From the NCBI GenBank assembly GCA_943357895.1, contig CALRGO010000005.1:1-35554 (forward strand): 35,554 nucleotides of DNA, given 5' to 3'. Shown one piece after another: positions 1 through 7,728 of the stretch. This DNA is from Parcubacteria group bacterium. GTDB lineage: Bacteria > Patescibacteriota > Minisyncoccia > UBA6257 > UBA11618. The notes under the pieces are model-generated. The model was given only the letters and a program-made list of their open reading frames with translations. It searched no databases and was not told the origin of the DNA. Each line of letters begins with the position of its first letter. The stretch's first letter is position 1. Made by a program: the position numbers and the translations under genes.

Positions 1-64
1 CTGCCGTGACGGCGCCGCCCTCAATGAGCATTTCTTTTAGTTTTTCCTGCGGGATGGATAACAT
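1..64 (-). CDS. 5' fragment of a gene running off the window, possibly a PilB/GspE-type pilus assembly ATPase
   Basis: ATG at 64 reads MLSIPQEKLKEMLIEGGAVTA and stays open to the edge. TATACT -10 lies 7 nt upstream. The KLKEMLI-GG-VT pattern resembles the PilB/GspE N-terminus, and a pilin gene is nearby. Confidence 0.35.
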   Translation of the reverse strand, partial: MLSIPQEKLKEMLIEGGAVTA

Positions 65-77
65 CCCCCTTAGTATA

Positions 78-596
78 CTATATGAGCAACTGTGCGTACC
101 ACGCGTACTGATACAGATATGCGTTAAGGGCAACCGTTACTGCGGCGCAGGGCAGCCAAAAATAATAAAACGATATGCGGGTGCGGGGGCCGTACGCTAC
201 GGTGCCGATAAGCGTTGCGAGTAGGTACGCGCTAAAAACGACTAGAAGATAAAAAATCCATGCGGGGTGGCCGGAGACGAAAAGCCCAATGGCGAGGAAA
301 TATAATTCCTCTTTCTCAAAAAGCATCCCCTCGCGGCGGGCGTTGAGCCATTTAGCGCCCGCGAAAAAAAGCACTGCGACGGCAAACGAAATAACATAGG
401 GCAGCCAAAAATGCATAAAGGCATAACGGAAAAAGTAGCCAATCGATTGATACGGCGGCAAGAGATGCGCGGCACCCGCAACATCCGCATGCCACATAAG
501 AAATTGCGCGCGGCTTAGGTGTAAGGCGTATACGGCAAAGCCAGCACATACCGCCCAAAAGCCCCTGCGCGACCACGTAACTATCTTTTTTTCCAT
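78..596 (-). CDS. multi-pass membrane protein resembling a degenerate A24 prepilin peptidase domain
   Basis: 172 aa with about 5 hydrophobic segments, directly downstream of the pilin. FEKEELYF sits where GxGDxKL is expected and ISFYYFW where IPFGPF is expected. The catalytic Asp is not visible. Confidence 0.45.
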   Translation of the reverse strand: MEKKIVTWSRRGFWAVCAGFAVYALHLSRAQFLMWHADVAGAAHLLPPYQSIGYFFRYAFMHFWLPYVISFAVAVLFFAGAKWLNARREGMLFEKEELYFLAIGLFVSGHPAWIFYLLVVFSAYLLATLIGTVAYGPRTRISFYYFWLPCAAVTVALNAYLYQYAWYAQLLI

Positions 597-628
597 AACA
601 CGTGATTATTACTATATCGAAAAGACGC

Positions 629-659
629 AAAAAAAGAACCCCCTGCGGGGTTCTTTTTT
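629..659. terminator. bidirectional intrinsic terminator after the pilin
   Basis: AAAAAAGAACCCC-CTGC-GGGGTTCTTTTTT perfect hairpin with A/T tails. Confidence 0.85.
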
Positions 660-680
660 ATTCGTAATCGCTAACCGAAG

Positions 681-1259
681 TTAGAGAAGAACGTTCGTAC
701 CGACTTCGAAAAGCGTGTCAACATTACCGCCGTCTGTCTTTTCAACATCATCCGTACCTGTTGCTTTATACCGCGCGCTCTCCATCTTTGCGCTAAATTC
801 CCACGCATTAGAGGAGTCATAGGCGTAGCTATAGAATAACGTTGTGTTGCTCGTCGTACCGTCGCTCGGATCCTTTGGCCATGCCGCAATTGCCGGAGAA
901 GCGCCCAATGCCACCGGAACCCATCCATTGCCGTCAACTTTCTGCGATCCAGCAATGGCAGGAGTAGCTAATGCCGTAATGCTGGAAGCAGCCGCATAAC
1001 GGGTTTTGCAGTCATAGGTTGTCAAAAGCTGATAGCACTTTGTCGTCCCCGAACCCATGCTCGGCTGGGTCGAAGACGTCGCAAGCATCAAGCTCATCGC
1101 GGAGTTCATCTGACCAAGGTCAGCGATACGCTGCGAGTCGCGTGCTTCTTGGAAAATCTTCACGGGGTTGATAACGAGAATGACTGTCGTTGCCAAAAGC
1201 GCGATAAGCGCGATGACGATGATTAATTCGATTAACGTAAAACCTTTCTTATATAACAT
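681..1259 (-). CDS. type IV pilin (class III signal peptide)
   Basis: MLYKKG|FTLIELIIVIALIALLA prepilin cleavage motif with E5, a Cys pair, and a PKDP motif typical of CPR pilins. Confidence 0.95.
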   Translation of the reverse strand: MLYKKGFTLIELIIVIALIALLATTVILVINPVKIFQEARDSQRIADLGQMNSAMSLMLATSSTQPSMGSGTTKCYQLLTTYDCKTRYAAASSITALATPAIAGSQKVDGNGWVPVALGASPAIAAWPKDPSDGTTSNTTLFYSYAYDSSNAWEFSAKMESARYKATGTDDVEKTDGGNVDTLFEVGTNVLL

Positions 1260-1328
1260 TCTTTATTTATTTCTTTTATTTTTATATCGACCTAACGACC
1301 TTTCGACTTTTTTATTTGTATGTATGTA

Positions 1329-1374
1329 AGCATACGAAACGCAAGCGTCGAGCGCAAGGAGCGCCTGTGGATAA
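1329..1374 (-). promoter_or_regulatory. pilin promoter with an upstream DnaA-box consensus
   Basis: TTGCGC-17 nt-TATGCT (1357 to 1329) and TTATCCACA at 1374-1366. Confidence 0.6.
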
Positions 1375-1381
1375 ACTATCT

Positions 1382-1750
1382 TTATGCTTTCAAAAACTCG
1401 CGTACTTTTTGCACAAGTACGTCAATTGGCGTATCCGCTTTTACTAAATAAGAAACTGCACCAAGTTCTTTGCCGCGTGCAATGTCTGACTGCTGACCTA
1501 AATTAGAAATAATAATAATCGGCGTACTACCCACCTGCGGTTCCGCCACAATTTTTTCCATCACCTCAAAGCCACTCGCCCCCGGCAAGATTATATCCAT
1601 TAAAATAACGTCGTGCGGCGCTTCTTTTAACTTTGCTATTGCCTCATCGCCACTTGTAACCCACGTAATATCAAAGCCCTCTTTAATAAAACGGTTTTTC
1701 ATTAACAGCCCTAAAAACTGGTCGTCCTCCACCAAAAGGATTTTCTTCAT
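1382..1750 (-). CDS. single-domain response regulator (REC)
   Basis: ILLVEDD, ILMDIILPG (phospho-Asp), IISN and YLVK motifs in 122 aa. Confidence 0.95.
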   Translation of the reverse strand: MKKILLVEDDQFLGLLMKNRFIKEGFDITWVTSGDEAIAKLKEAPHDVILMDIILPGASGFEVMEKIVAEPQVGSTPIIIISNLGQQSDIARGKELGAVSYLVKADTPIDVLVQKVREFLKA

Positions 1751-1796
1751 ACGCCTATAGTACCATACGCTAATCCCCTACGCCGTATTTCAAAAT

Positions 1797-1853
1797 AAAA
1801 AAAGAAGCCCTGCGGCGCTTCGGGGAATTCCTTCCGCCGAAACGCCGCAGGGC
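1797..1853 (-). terminator. long GC-rich hairpin/terminator closing orphan cassette 1
   Basis: GCCCTGCGGCG...CGCCGCAGGGC stem followed by a T run on the minus strand. Confidence 0.75.
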
Positions 1854-1860
1854 ACACACT

Positions 1861-2553
1861 TCATTTCTTAGACCTGAAAATGCGCGTTCCTACCGGCCAC
1901 TTAGCATCGCTATTTTGAGAATAGTTAGCGAAAAAACGCCATCCGCTATCCCCAAAGCCGCGACGGACGTAATAACATGAAACGAGAATATCCGTGTTCA
2001 TGTAAAAAACGTTCGAAGTGTCTAACGACTGACGAGTAAGAAATAGACGTGAAACTTCCGGCTCCAAAAGGAAGCGAAGTGCCGCAAAATCGACTTCATG
2101 CCCTGTGCCCAGCTCGCGGCGGATATCCGAATCCGTCATTGCACAGGATAAACCGAAGCTCGCAAGGCGCCGTTCCGGTTGCGGATCAACAGCGACGCAC
2201 ATCGTAAGAGCCGTGAAATCCGAACTAACCGAAAAGATTTTAAGGGCAGGATTTTGTGAATGGAAATAGTTATCAACCTTAAAGCCGTCGTCGGACTGCG
2301 GAATGACGATATCGCCATTCACGGGAACCAAGAGCCGCTGATCAGCGACGGGCGCAACGGTAGGTGCGGGAGGCTTTTGCAGGTTCCGCACCTGTAGCTC
2401 ATGCAACGCCTTCCGCACTTCGTCCGGTTCGCACCGCAGCAATTCGGGCCACAGCGCCGGCAAATGCCACGTCCATCGATCCCGCAACTCATCGCTCAAT
2501 CCGTTCGGTAAGCCAAGCCCATCTACCATCTGCAGAAATTTCAATCGCGACAT
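1861..2553 (-). CDS. hypothetical protein (orphan cassette 1) with a C-terminus reminiscent of C-type-lectin-fold CPR proteins
   Basis: 230 aa ORF with GGAGA SD, own promoter (TTGCCT-17-TATTAT, 2635-2607) and terminator. It ends NVFY...GWRFFAN...WPVGTRIF. Confidence 0.75.
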   Translation of the reverse strand: MSRLKFLQMVDGLGLPNGLSDELRDRWTWHLPALWPELLRCEPDEVRKALHELQVRNLQKPPAPTVAPVADQRLLVPVNGDIVIPQSDDGFKVDNYFHSQNPALKIFSVSSDFTALTMCVAVDPQPERRLASFGLSCAMTDSDIRRELGTGHEVDFAALRFLLEPEVSRLFLTRQSLDTSNVFYMNTDILVSCYYVRRGFGDSGWRFFANYSQNSDAKWPVGTRIFRSKK

Positions 2554-2660
2554 ACCAGCATCTCCATTAGAGTTTTCAAAATACGTCCCTATGACGAACC
2601 GCCGTTATAATACAATAATTGCCTCGTAAAGGCAATTTTCCTTAAGCAGTCCACCGATGA

Positions 2661-2817
2661 GCAAGTGGCGCGTGGATATGCTTTTTGGAACATCGCGCAG
2701 ATGCCCGCAGCTTGGTATTTTTGCCGCGCAAAAATTGCGGGCATCGAGCGGGAAGAAAGTTTTCTCGCCGGAAGAAAACTATTCTGGTTCCAAAAAGCAT
2801 ATGCGCGCGGCGCTTGT
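2661..2817 (+). other. branched inverted-repeat structure of unknown function
   Basis: An outer stem of about 30 bp (includes ATATGCTTTTTGGAAC/GTTCCAAAAAGCATAT) encloses GATGCCCGCA/TGCGGGCATC and AGTTTTCT/AGAAAACT hairpins. Confidence 0.6.
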
Positions 2818-2818
2818 G

Positions 2819-2844
2819 AAATAAAGATTTTCTAGTTGTCCCAA
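2819..2844 (-). other. 3' arm of the pre-16S processing stem (pairs with 5837-5862)
   Basis: AAATAAAGATTTTCTAGTTGTCCCAA is the near-perfect reverse complement of TTGGGACAACTAGAAAATTCTTATTT upstream of the 16S. Confidence 0.8.
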
Positions 2845-2959
2845 CAAAGTCGTGACTTTAGGCTCCACGACCAAAACCTTGTATCTCCCAACAACCCGTG
2901 AAGGTGTGTTGGCTTTAATTAAGTAATCCACGAGCAGCTTCCGCTACCCGTGCCTTGTT

Positions 2960-3737
2960 CATGCTTAACCCGCATGTCGCCATGCGGCATGGACTATATC
3001 TTCATCCTGTCTTTCAGAATTTGCGCTTTTATGGGATGAAACGACCCGATGCAACTGGCAAATAGTTTCTGGCTTCGTGCCGAGATAAATATCCGCCAAT
3101 AATCAGGATCAACTCGTTTACTTGGATTATGGATCTTACCAGAGGTAATACCCATAGCTTCCAATATTTCTTTAAGTGCGGCGATTTTCTGATAATTCTT
3201 CTGCACGAGCTGGATATAAAATCTATCCGCCGTGCGTGGAACACCGCCTTCTGCGTCAAAAAATCCCCGCACATATGCAGATTGCGCCTGCTGGCTTTTC
3301 AAAGAAAGCGGATCATGCTTGAAATCCAGTTTTGGACATAATGTTTCCAAAACATGCAAATCACGCATTTTTCCCTCCTTGTAAATCCAAGAATTCGAGC
3401 CGATGTTTTTTAAGAGCACCTGCAAGGTCTTGAGCCAACGGACATCTTTCTGCACGAAACGAATTCTTCTCCCTTTATTTAACGAAGCATCATGCAACGC
3501 TCCGTTCAAATACGCTATTATTTCTTCTTCAGACATAGGAGCTTGGCGTATAGTCTCTGAGGACTCTCTTTCAATAACGCATTGAAAGGTTGCCTGCTGA
3601 TTTTCTGCACCGAACGCATTTTCACACATGTATCTATTATATCATGCGTAGCGTCGGATACTCAGGAGTTCCAGCATATAGCCAAGTTTTTAATGCTGCA
3701 TTACTGCAACTAGTCGCAACTTATGCAGATTGCATCA
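2960..3737 (-). mobile_element. group I intron (778 nt) after 16S U1498
   Basis: Interrupts AAGTCGT|AACAAGG, with 5' exon ending in U and intron ending in G. The IGS GCGACT pairs exon AGTCGT with a U-G wobble. P/Q/R/S elements are ATGCTGGAA, AATCAGCAGG, CAGAGACTA and AAGATATAGTCC. Confidence 0.95.
2994..3536 (-). CDS. LAGLIDADG homing endonuclease inside the group I intron
   Basis: Motifs YLNGALHDAS and YVRGFFDAEGG. The likely start is MSEEE (3536), just after the R element, because the upstream 31 codons overlap the ribozyme core. The stop lies within the S element. Confidence 0.9.
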   Translation of the reverse strand: MSEEEIIAYLNGALHDASLNKGRRIRFVQKDVRWLKTLQVLLKNIGSNSWIYKEGKMRDLHVLETLCPKLDFKHDPLSLKSQQAQSAYVRGFFDAEGGVPRTADRFYIQLVQKNYQKIAALKEILEAMGITSGKIHNPSKRVDPDYWRIFISARSQKLFASCIGSFHPIKAQILKDRMKI

Positions 3738-3821
3738 ACGACTTCGTCCGTGTCACCGATTCTACCCTGATTCGGCGAGGCCGAACTTCAGATATCCCCG
3801 GCTCCCCTGACGTGACGGGCG

Positions 3822-4349
3822 AGAGTCCTCCGTAAACTCGGAGTTGACATCCCCACGTAGCGAGCGGATTTCCCGCACTACGCGAGCTCAAACTTTTTTA
3901 ATTTCGTATGAGAGAATCCTTCCCCAGCACCACTTTTACTCATGGTGTTTATATATATGACATTGTTTTTCAAAAAAACTATGTTTTCTATACACAAACA
4001 TTTTTAGTAAAAGTGGTGCTGGGTACTATGATCCAGCTGACTTCTTACGCCGCGTAAGTTCAATTATATCATATCACGGATATGATAACGGCATAAGATC
4101 TCATCGGGTTAGTACGTATTCTCTTCCTAACATCCCGAGCGAACCTTTTTAAAATATCTTCCCCATCCTCACCGCCTATTTCCTTGATGGGTCGATATGG
4201 TTCTTTTTTTGCTCGGGCTATTATTCGCCTCCGGATCCTCCGCCATGTCCCTCGCGGACCATGACTATCCTTCGACTACGCTCTTTTGACGGACAAAAGA
4301 GGTATGGATTTTAACCATATAGATTACGTACCTGCCGATCGCGGTTTTT
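3822..4349 (-). mobile_element. ORF-less group II (IIC-like) intron (528 nt) at 16S about 1399/1400
   Basis: Interrupts GTACTCAC|CGCCCGTC. Domain V is CGCGTAGTGCGGGAAATCCGCTCGCTACGTG (CGC triad, 2-nt bulge). J2/3-DIII reads GAAGTCAGC..CATAGTACCC..GGGGAAGGA. DI closing pairs are ATCGG/CCGAT and GTACGTA/TACGTAC. Confidence 0.85.
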
Positions 4350-4694
4350 GTGAGTACAGGACTCGAGAACGTATTCACCGTGGTATAGCTGACCCACGAT
4401 TACTAGCGATTCCAGCTTCATGAGGGCGAGTTGCAGCCCTCAATCCGAACTGAGACCAGTTTTGGGGATTAGCTCCGCCTTACGGCTTGGCAACCCATTG
4501 TACTGGCCATTGTAACACGTGTGTAGCCCAAGGCATCAAAGGGCCATGCTGATTTGACGTCGTCCCCACCTTCCTCCCAGCACACAACGCACCTTATATA
4601 TAAGATGCGCTCTGTGCTGGGCAGTTTCCTGCGACACTTGTAACGCAGAATGGGGGTTGCGCTCGTTTCCCCACTGAAGGGAACGTCTCACGAT

Positions 4695-4725
<31 letters not shown>

Positions 4726-6001
4726 CACTTGTCCCTTGAGAGGACTGCCAGTCTTTCGATAGGCATTCAAGTACATGTCTAGCCTTGGTAAGGTTCTTCG
4801 TTTACCGTCGAATTAAACCACATGTTCCACCGCTTGTGCGAGTCCCCGTCTATTCCTTTGAGTTTTAATCTTGCGATCGTACTTCCCAGGCGGCTGATTT
4901 AACGCGTTAGCTACGCCACTCCGAGGGTCGATACTCGAAACAGCTAATCAGCATCGTTTAGGGCGTGGACTACAAGGGTATCTAATCCTTTTTGATCCCC
5001 ACGCTTTCGCGATTGAGCGTCAGGGATGCCCCAGCTACCTGCCTTCGCCTTCGGTGTTCCCCACAATATCAACGGATTTCACCCCTACACTGTGAGTTCC
5101 AGTAGCCTCTAGCACCCTCTAGTCACGCAGTATTTCACGCTAGTCCGAGGTTGAGCCTCGGTATTTGACATGAAACTTACGCGACCGCCTACTCGCTCTT
5201 TACGCCCAATAAATCCGGATAACGCTCGGGGCCCTCGTATTACCGCGGCTGCTGGCACGAGGTTAGCAACCCCTTATTCCATGGGTACCATCATTTGTTT
5301 TTTCCCCATGAAAAGCAGTTTACAGACCAAGGTCCTTCATCCTGCACGCGGCGTCGCTCGATCAGGCTTGCGCCCATTGTCGAATATTCTCGACTGCTGC
5401 CACCCGTAGGTGTACGAGCCGTGTCTCAGTCTCGTCGTTGGAGAATGGCCTCTCAGCCCTCCTATCCGTCATAGCCTTGGTGAGCAGTTACCTCACCAAC
5501 TAGCTGATAGAGTCTAGGCCGTTCCCGAAGCCCCTTGCGGGTTTACTCTTGCGAGACCATCTGGAATTACCCCGTCTTTCGACGAGCTGTGCCAGACTTC
5601 GGGGTACGTACCAAGATATTACTAACTCGTTCGCCGCTAAACTATGTAATCCGCAACCTTTGATGTAATCTCAGCTACTTCAAACATAGTCCCGCTCGAC
5701 TTGCATGCCTTATCCACGCCGCCAGCGTTCATCCTGGACCAGGATCAAATCCTCTGTGTAAAGCTTCCGGCTCATGGCTTTCAGTTTTTAAATTGCTTCA
5801 AACACTCAATGCCGGTCGCCAAAAGCTATTCGTTTATTGGGACAACTAGAAAATTCTTATTTCGTATTGAGTTGCCAATTTGCTGTCAGTTCAGCGTTTT
5901 CTGGAAAAACATATCCGCCTCTATTTCGGCTAAGTAGCCGGAACAGGGGCGGATGCATTTTCGTGTTGCGTGCAGCCGCTTGTAAATCGATAAGTCAGTT
6001 C

Positions 6002-6029
6002 AGCATATCAGATAGATTACGGGTGTCAA
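6002..6029 (-). promoter_or_regulatory. rRNA promoter
   Basis: TTGACA-16 nt-TATGCT with an extended TG, about 240 nt upstream of the 16S 5' end. Confidence 0.75.
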
Positions 6030-6115
6030 GCGTGGTTTAAGAGGCATAATAAAGCTGTATAAAACGGTGAAATTAAAGCCTAATTTTCATGCATTAAAAA
6101 GTGAGAAAATGCCGA

Positions 6116-6144
6116 TTGCCAAAAAACCCAGCATATAGTACTAT
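6116..6144 (+). promoter_or_regulatory. rpmE-prfA promoter
   Basis: TTGCCA-17 nt-TACTAT, 10 nt before ATG 6155. Confidence 0.65.
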
Positions 6145-6154
6145 ACGATTACTT

Positions 6155-6421
6155 ATGAAATCTGACATACATCCCACATATCACGAAAAGGCCAAGGTGA
6201 CGTGCTCGTGTGGCAACTCATTCGAAGTCGGCTCCACGAAAGCCGCTATTGGTGTTGAAATCTGCTCGCAGTGCCACCCGTTCTTTACGGGCGAAGAAAA
6301 GATGCTCGACGTCGCCGGCCGCGTAGAACGCTTTAAGGCGCGTCAGGCGAAAGCCGCAACGACCGTTAAGACGGTAAAGAAGCCGCGCGTACCGAAGGTA
6401 GAAAAAGCGAAAAAGGCGTAA
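6155..6421 (+). CDS. rpmE: 50S ribosomal protein L31 (Zn-binding type)
   Basis: [24 protein letters not shown] and GRVERF. Start set at the internal Met. Confidence 0.97.
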   Translation: MKSDIHPTYHEKAKVTCSCGNSFEVGSTKAAIGVEICSQCHPFFTGEEKMLDVAGRVERFKARQAKAATTVKTVKKPRVPKVEKAKKA

Positions 6422-6429
6422 ACGCAAAT

Positions 6430-7152
6430 ATGCAGACGGCAATCCTTGAAGTAAGGGCCGGCGCGGGCGGCGACGAAGCCGCCCTTTTCGCGGGCGATTT
6501 GGTACGTATGTACGAACGCTACGCCGCAACGCAGGGCTGGCGCTTTACGGTAATCGACGCAAACCAAAACGACCTGAACGGCTATAAAACATTCGTAGGT
6601 AAAGTGACGGGCGAGGGGGCATTCACCGCCCTCATGAACGAAAGCGGCACGCACCGCGTACAGCGCGTCCCCTCTACCGAAAAACAAGGCCGCGTACATA
6701 CTTCCACCGTGACGGTAGCGGTGCTCCCCGAAGTGGAGGCTAAGGAGGTAGTAATACACCCGAACGATCTCGAGGTAACCTTTTCACGCAGTGGCGGCCC
6801 GGGCGGCCAGAATGTTAATAAGGTAGAAAGCGCCGTGCGCATTCACCACAAGCCCACCGGTATCGTCATCTCCTCCCGCGCCGAACGCACGCAAAACGGC
6901 AACCGCGAAGCGGCGCTCGTAATCTTGCGCGCCAAGTTATTCGAAATAAACCGCCTCGAAGCGGCAGGCCCTTTAAGCGCCGACCGCAAGGCGCAGGTAG
7001 GTAGCGGCGACCGCAGCGAAAAAATCCGTACCTACAACTTCCCCGACGACCGTATCACCGACCACCGCATAGGCAAAAAGTGGCATAACATAGAAAAGAT
7101 CTTAGAAGGCAATTTTGAGCCTATCGCGAAAGCGTTTCGCGAAACGAAGTGA
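6430..7152 (+). CDS. prfA: peptide chain release factor 1 lacking the N-terminal domain
   Basis: [21 protein letters not shown] (PxT), [10 protein letters not shown] and [11 protein letters not shown] in only 240 aa. Confidence 0.9.
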   Translation: MQTAILEVRAGAGGDEAALFAGDLVRMYERYAATQGWRFTVIDANQNDLNGYKTFVGKVTGEGAFTALMNESGTHRVQRVPSTEKQGRVHTSTVTVAVLPEVEAKEVVIHPNDLEVTFSRSGGPGGQNVNKVESAVRIHHKPTGIVISSRAERTQNGNREAALVILRAKLFEINRLEAAGPLSADRKAQVGSGDRSEKIRTYNFPDDRITDHRIGKKWHNIEKILEGNFEPIAKAFRETK

Positions 7153-7153
7153 A

Positions 7154-7177
7154 TAGTGGGTAGTGATTAGTGAGTAG
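7154..7177 (+). repeat. short tandem heptamer repeat (TAGTGRN)
   Basis: TAGTGGG TAGTGAT TAGTGAG TAG. Related arrays occur at 19748-19774 and 27131-27157. Confidence 0.7.
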
Positions 7178-7189
7178 ATACGACGACGC

Positions 7190-7230
7190 AAAAAAAGAAC
7201 GGCCGCCAGTAAGTCACTGACGGCCGTTTT
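7190..7230. terminator. bidirectional terminator between prfA and orphan cassette 2
   Basis: AACGGCCG-CCAGT...ACTGA-CGGCCGTT stem with A and T tails. Confidence 0.8.
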
Positions 7231-7248
7231 GTTACCCGGCACTTGATT

Positions 7249-7641
7249 TCATCGACGGGCGAGATCACTCACGTGCTCTGGCCGACCTTGCACGACCTTC
7301 AAATGGTCGTTAATTGGCGAAGTCTCACTCAGTGTCGCGTTCAAATCTTCACGAGGCACGGTCGGATCGAACGAATCCGCACCATGCACTTCAGCCTGAA
7401 GCGCCTGCTGCGCCGGATTATCGAGTAGCTCGACGTCAGAATCTCCCCTGTCATCTTTCTTAATGCGACGGGTTAACCCCTCAGGATCGAGCTCCAAGAG
7501 CAAGGCGTCCGCAACCTGAACGAGCTCGTTCATGATACGAGCAGAGAGAATTTTCGCAAGCAATTGCGCGCGAGCGATGTGCGCTTCGTCATGCACCCTC
7601 ATGATTATCTCAACAAAGCCCTGAAATACACTGTCTGTCAC
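7249..7641 (-). CDS. hypothetical protein (orphan cassette 2)
   Basis: 130 aa, GTG start with AAAGGAG SD, promoter TTGACG-17-TATAAA (7721-7693), downstream terminator. Confidence 0.7.
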   Translation of the reverse strand: MTDSVFQGFVEIIMRVHDEAHIARAQLLAKILSARIMNELVQVADALLLELDPEGLTRRIKKDDRGDSDVELLDNPAQQALQAEVHGADSFDPTVPREDLNATLSETSPINDHLKVVQGRPEHVSDLARR

Positions 7642-7728
7642 GGCGAACTCCTTTACTAAATCAAAGTTTTTTTGGAATACGGAACTGCCTTATTTATAAC
7701 ATAAATAATACTATCCGTCAATAGCACC

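Noticed and set aside
3537-3629. N-terminal 31 codons of the LAGLIDADG ORF in the track
   Set aside because: They overlap the Q and R ribozyme elements, so the ATG at 3536 is more plausible.
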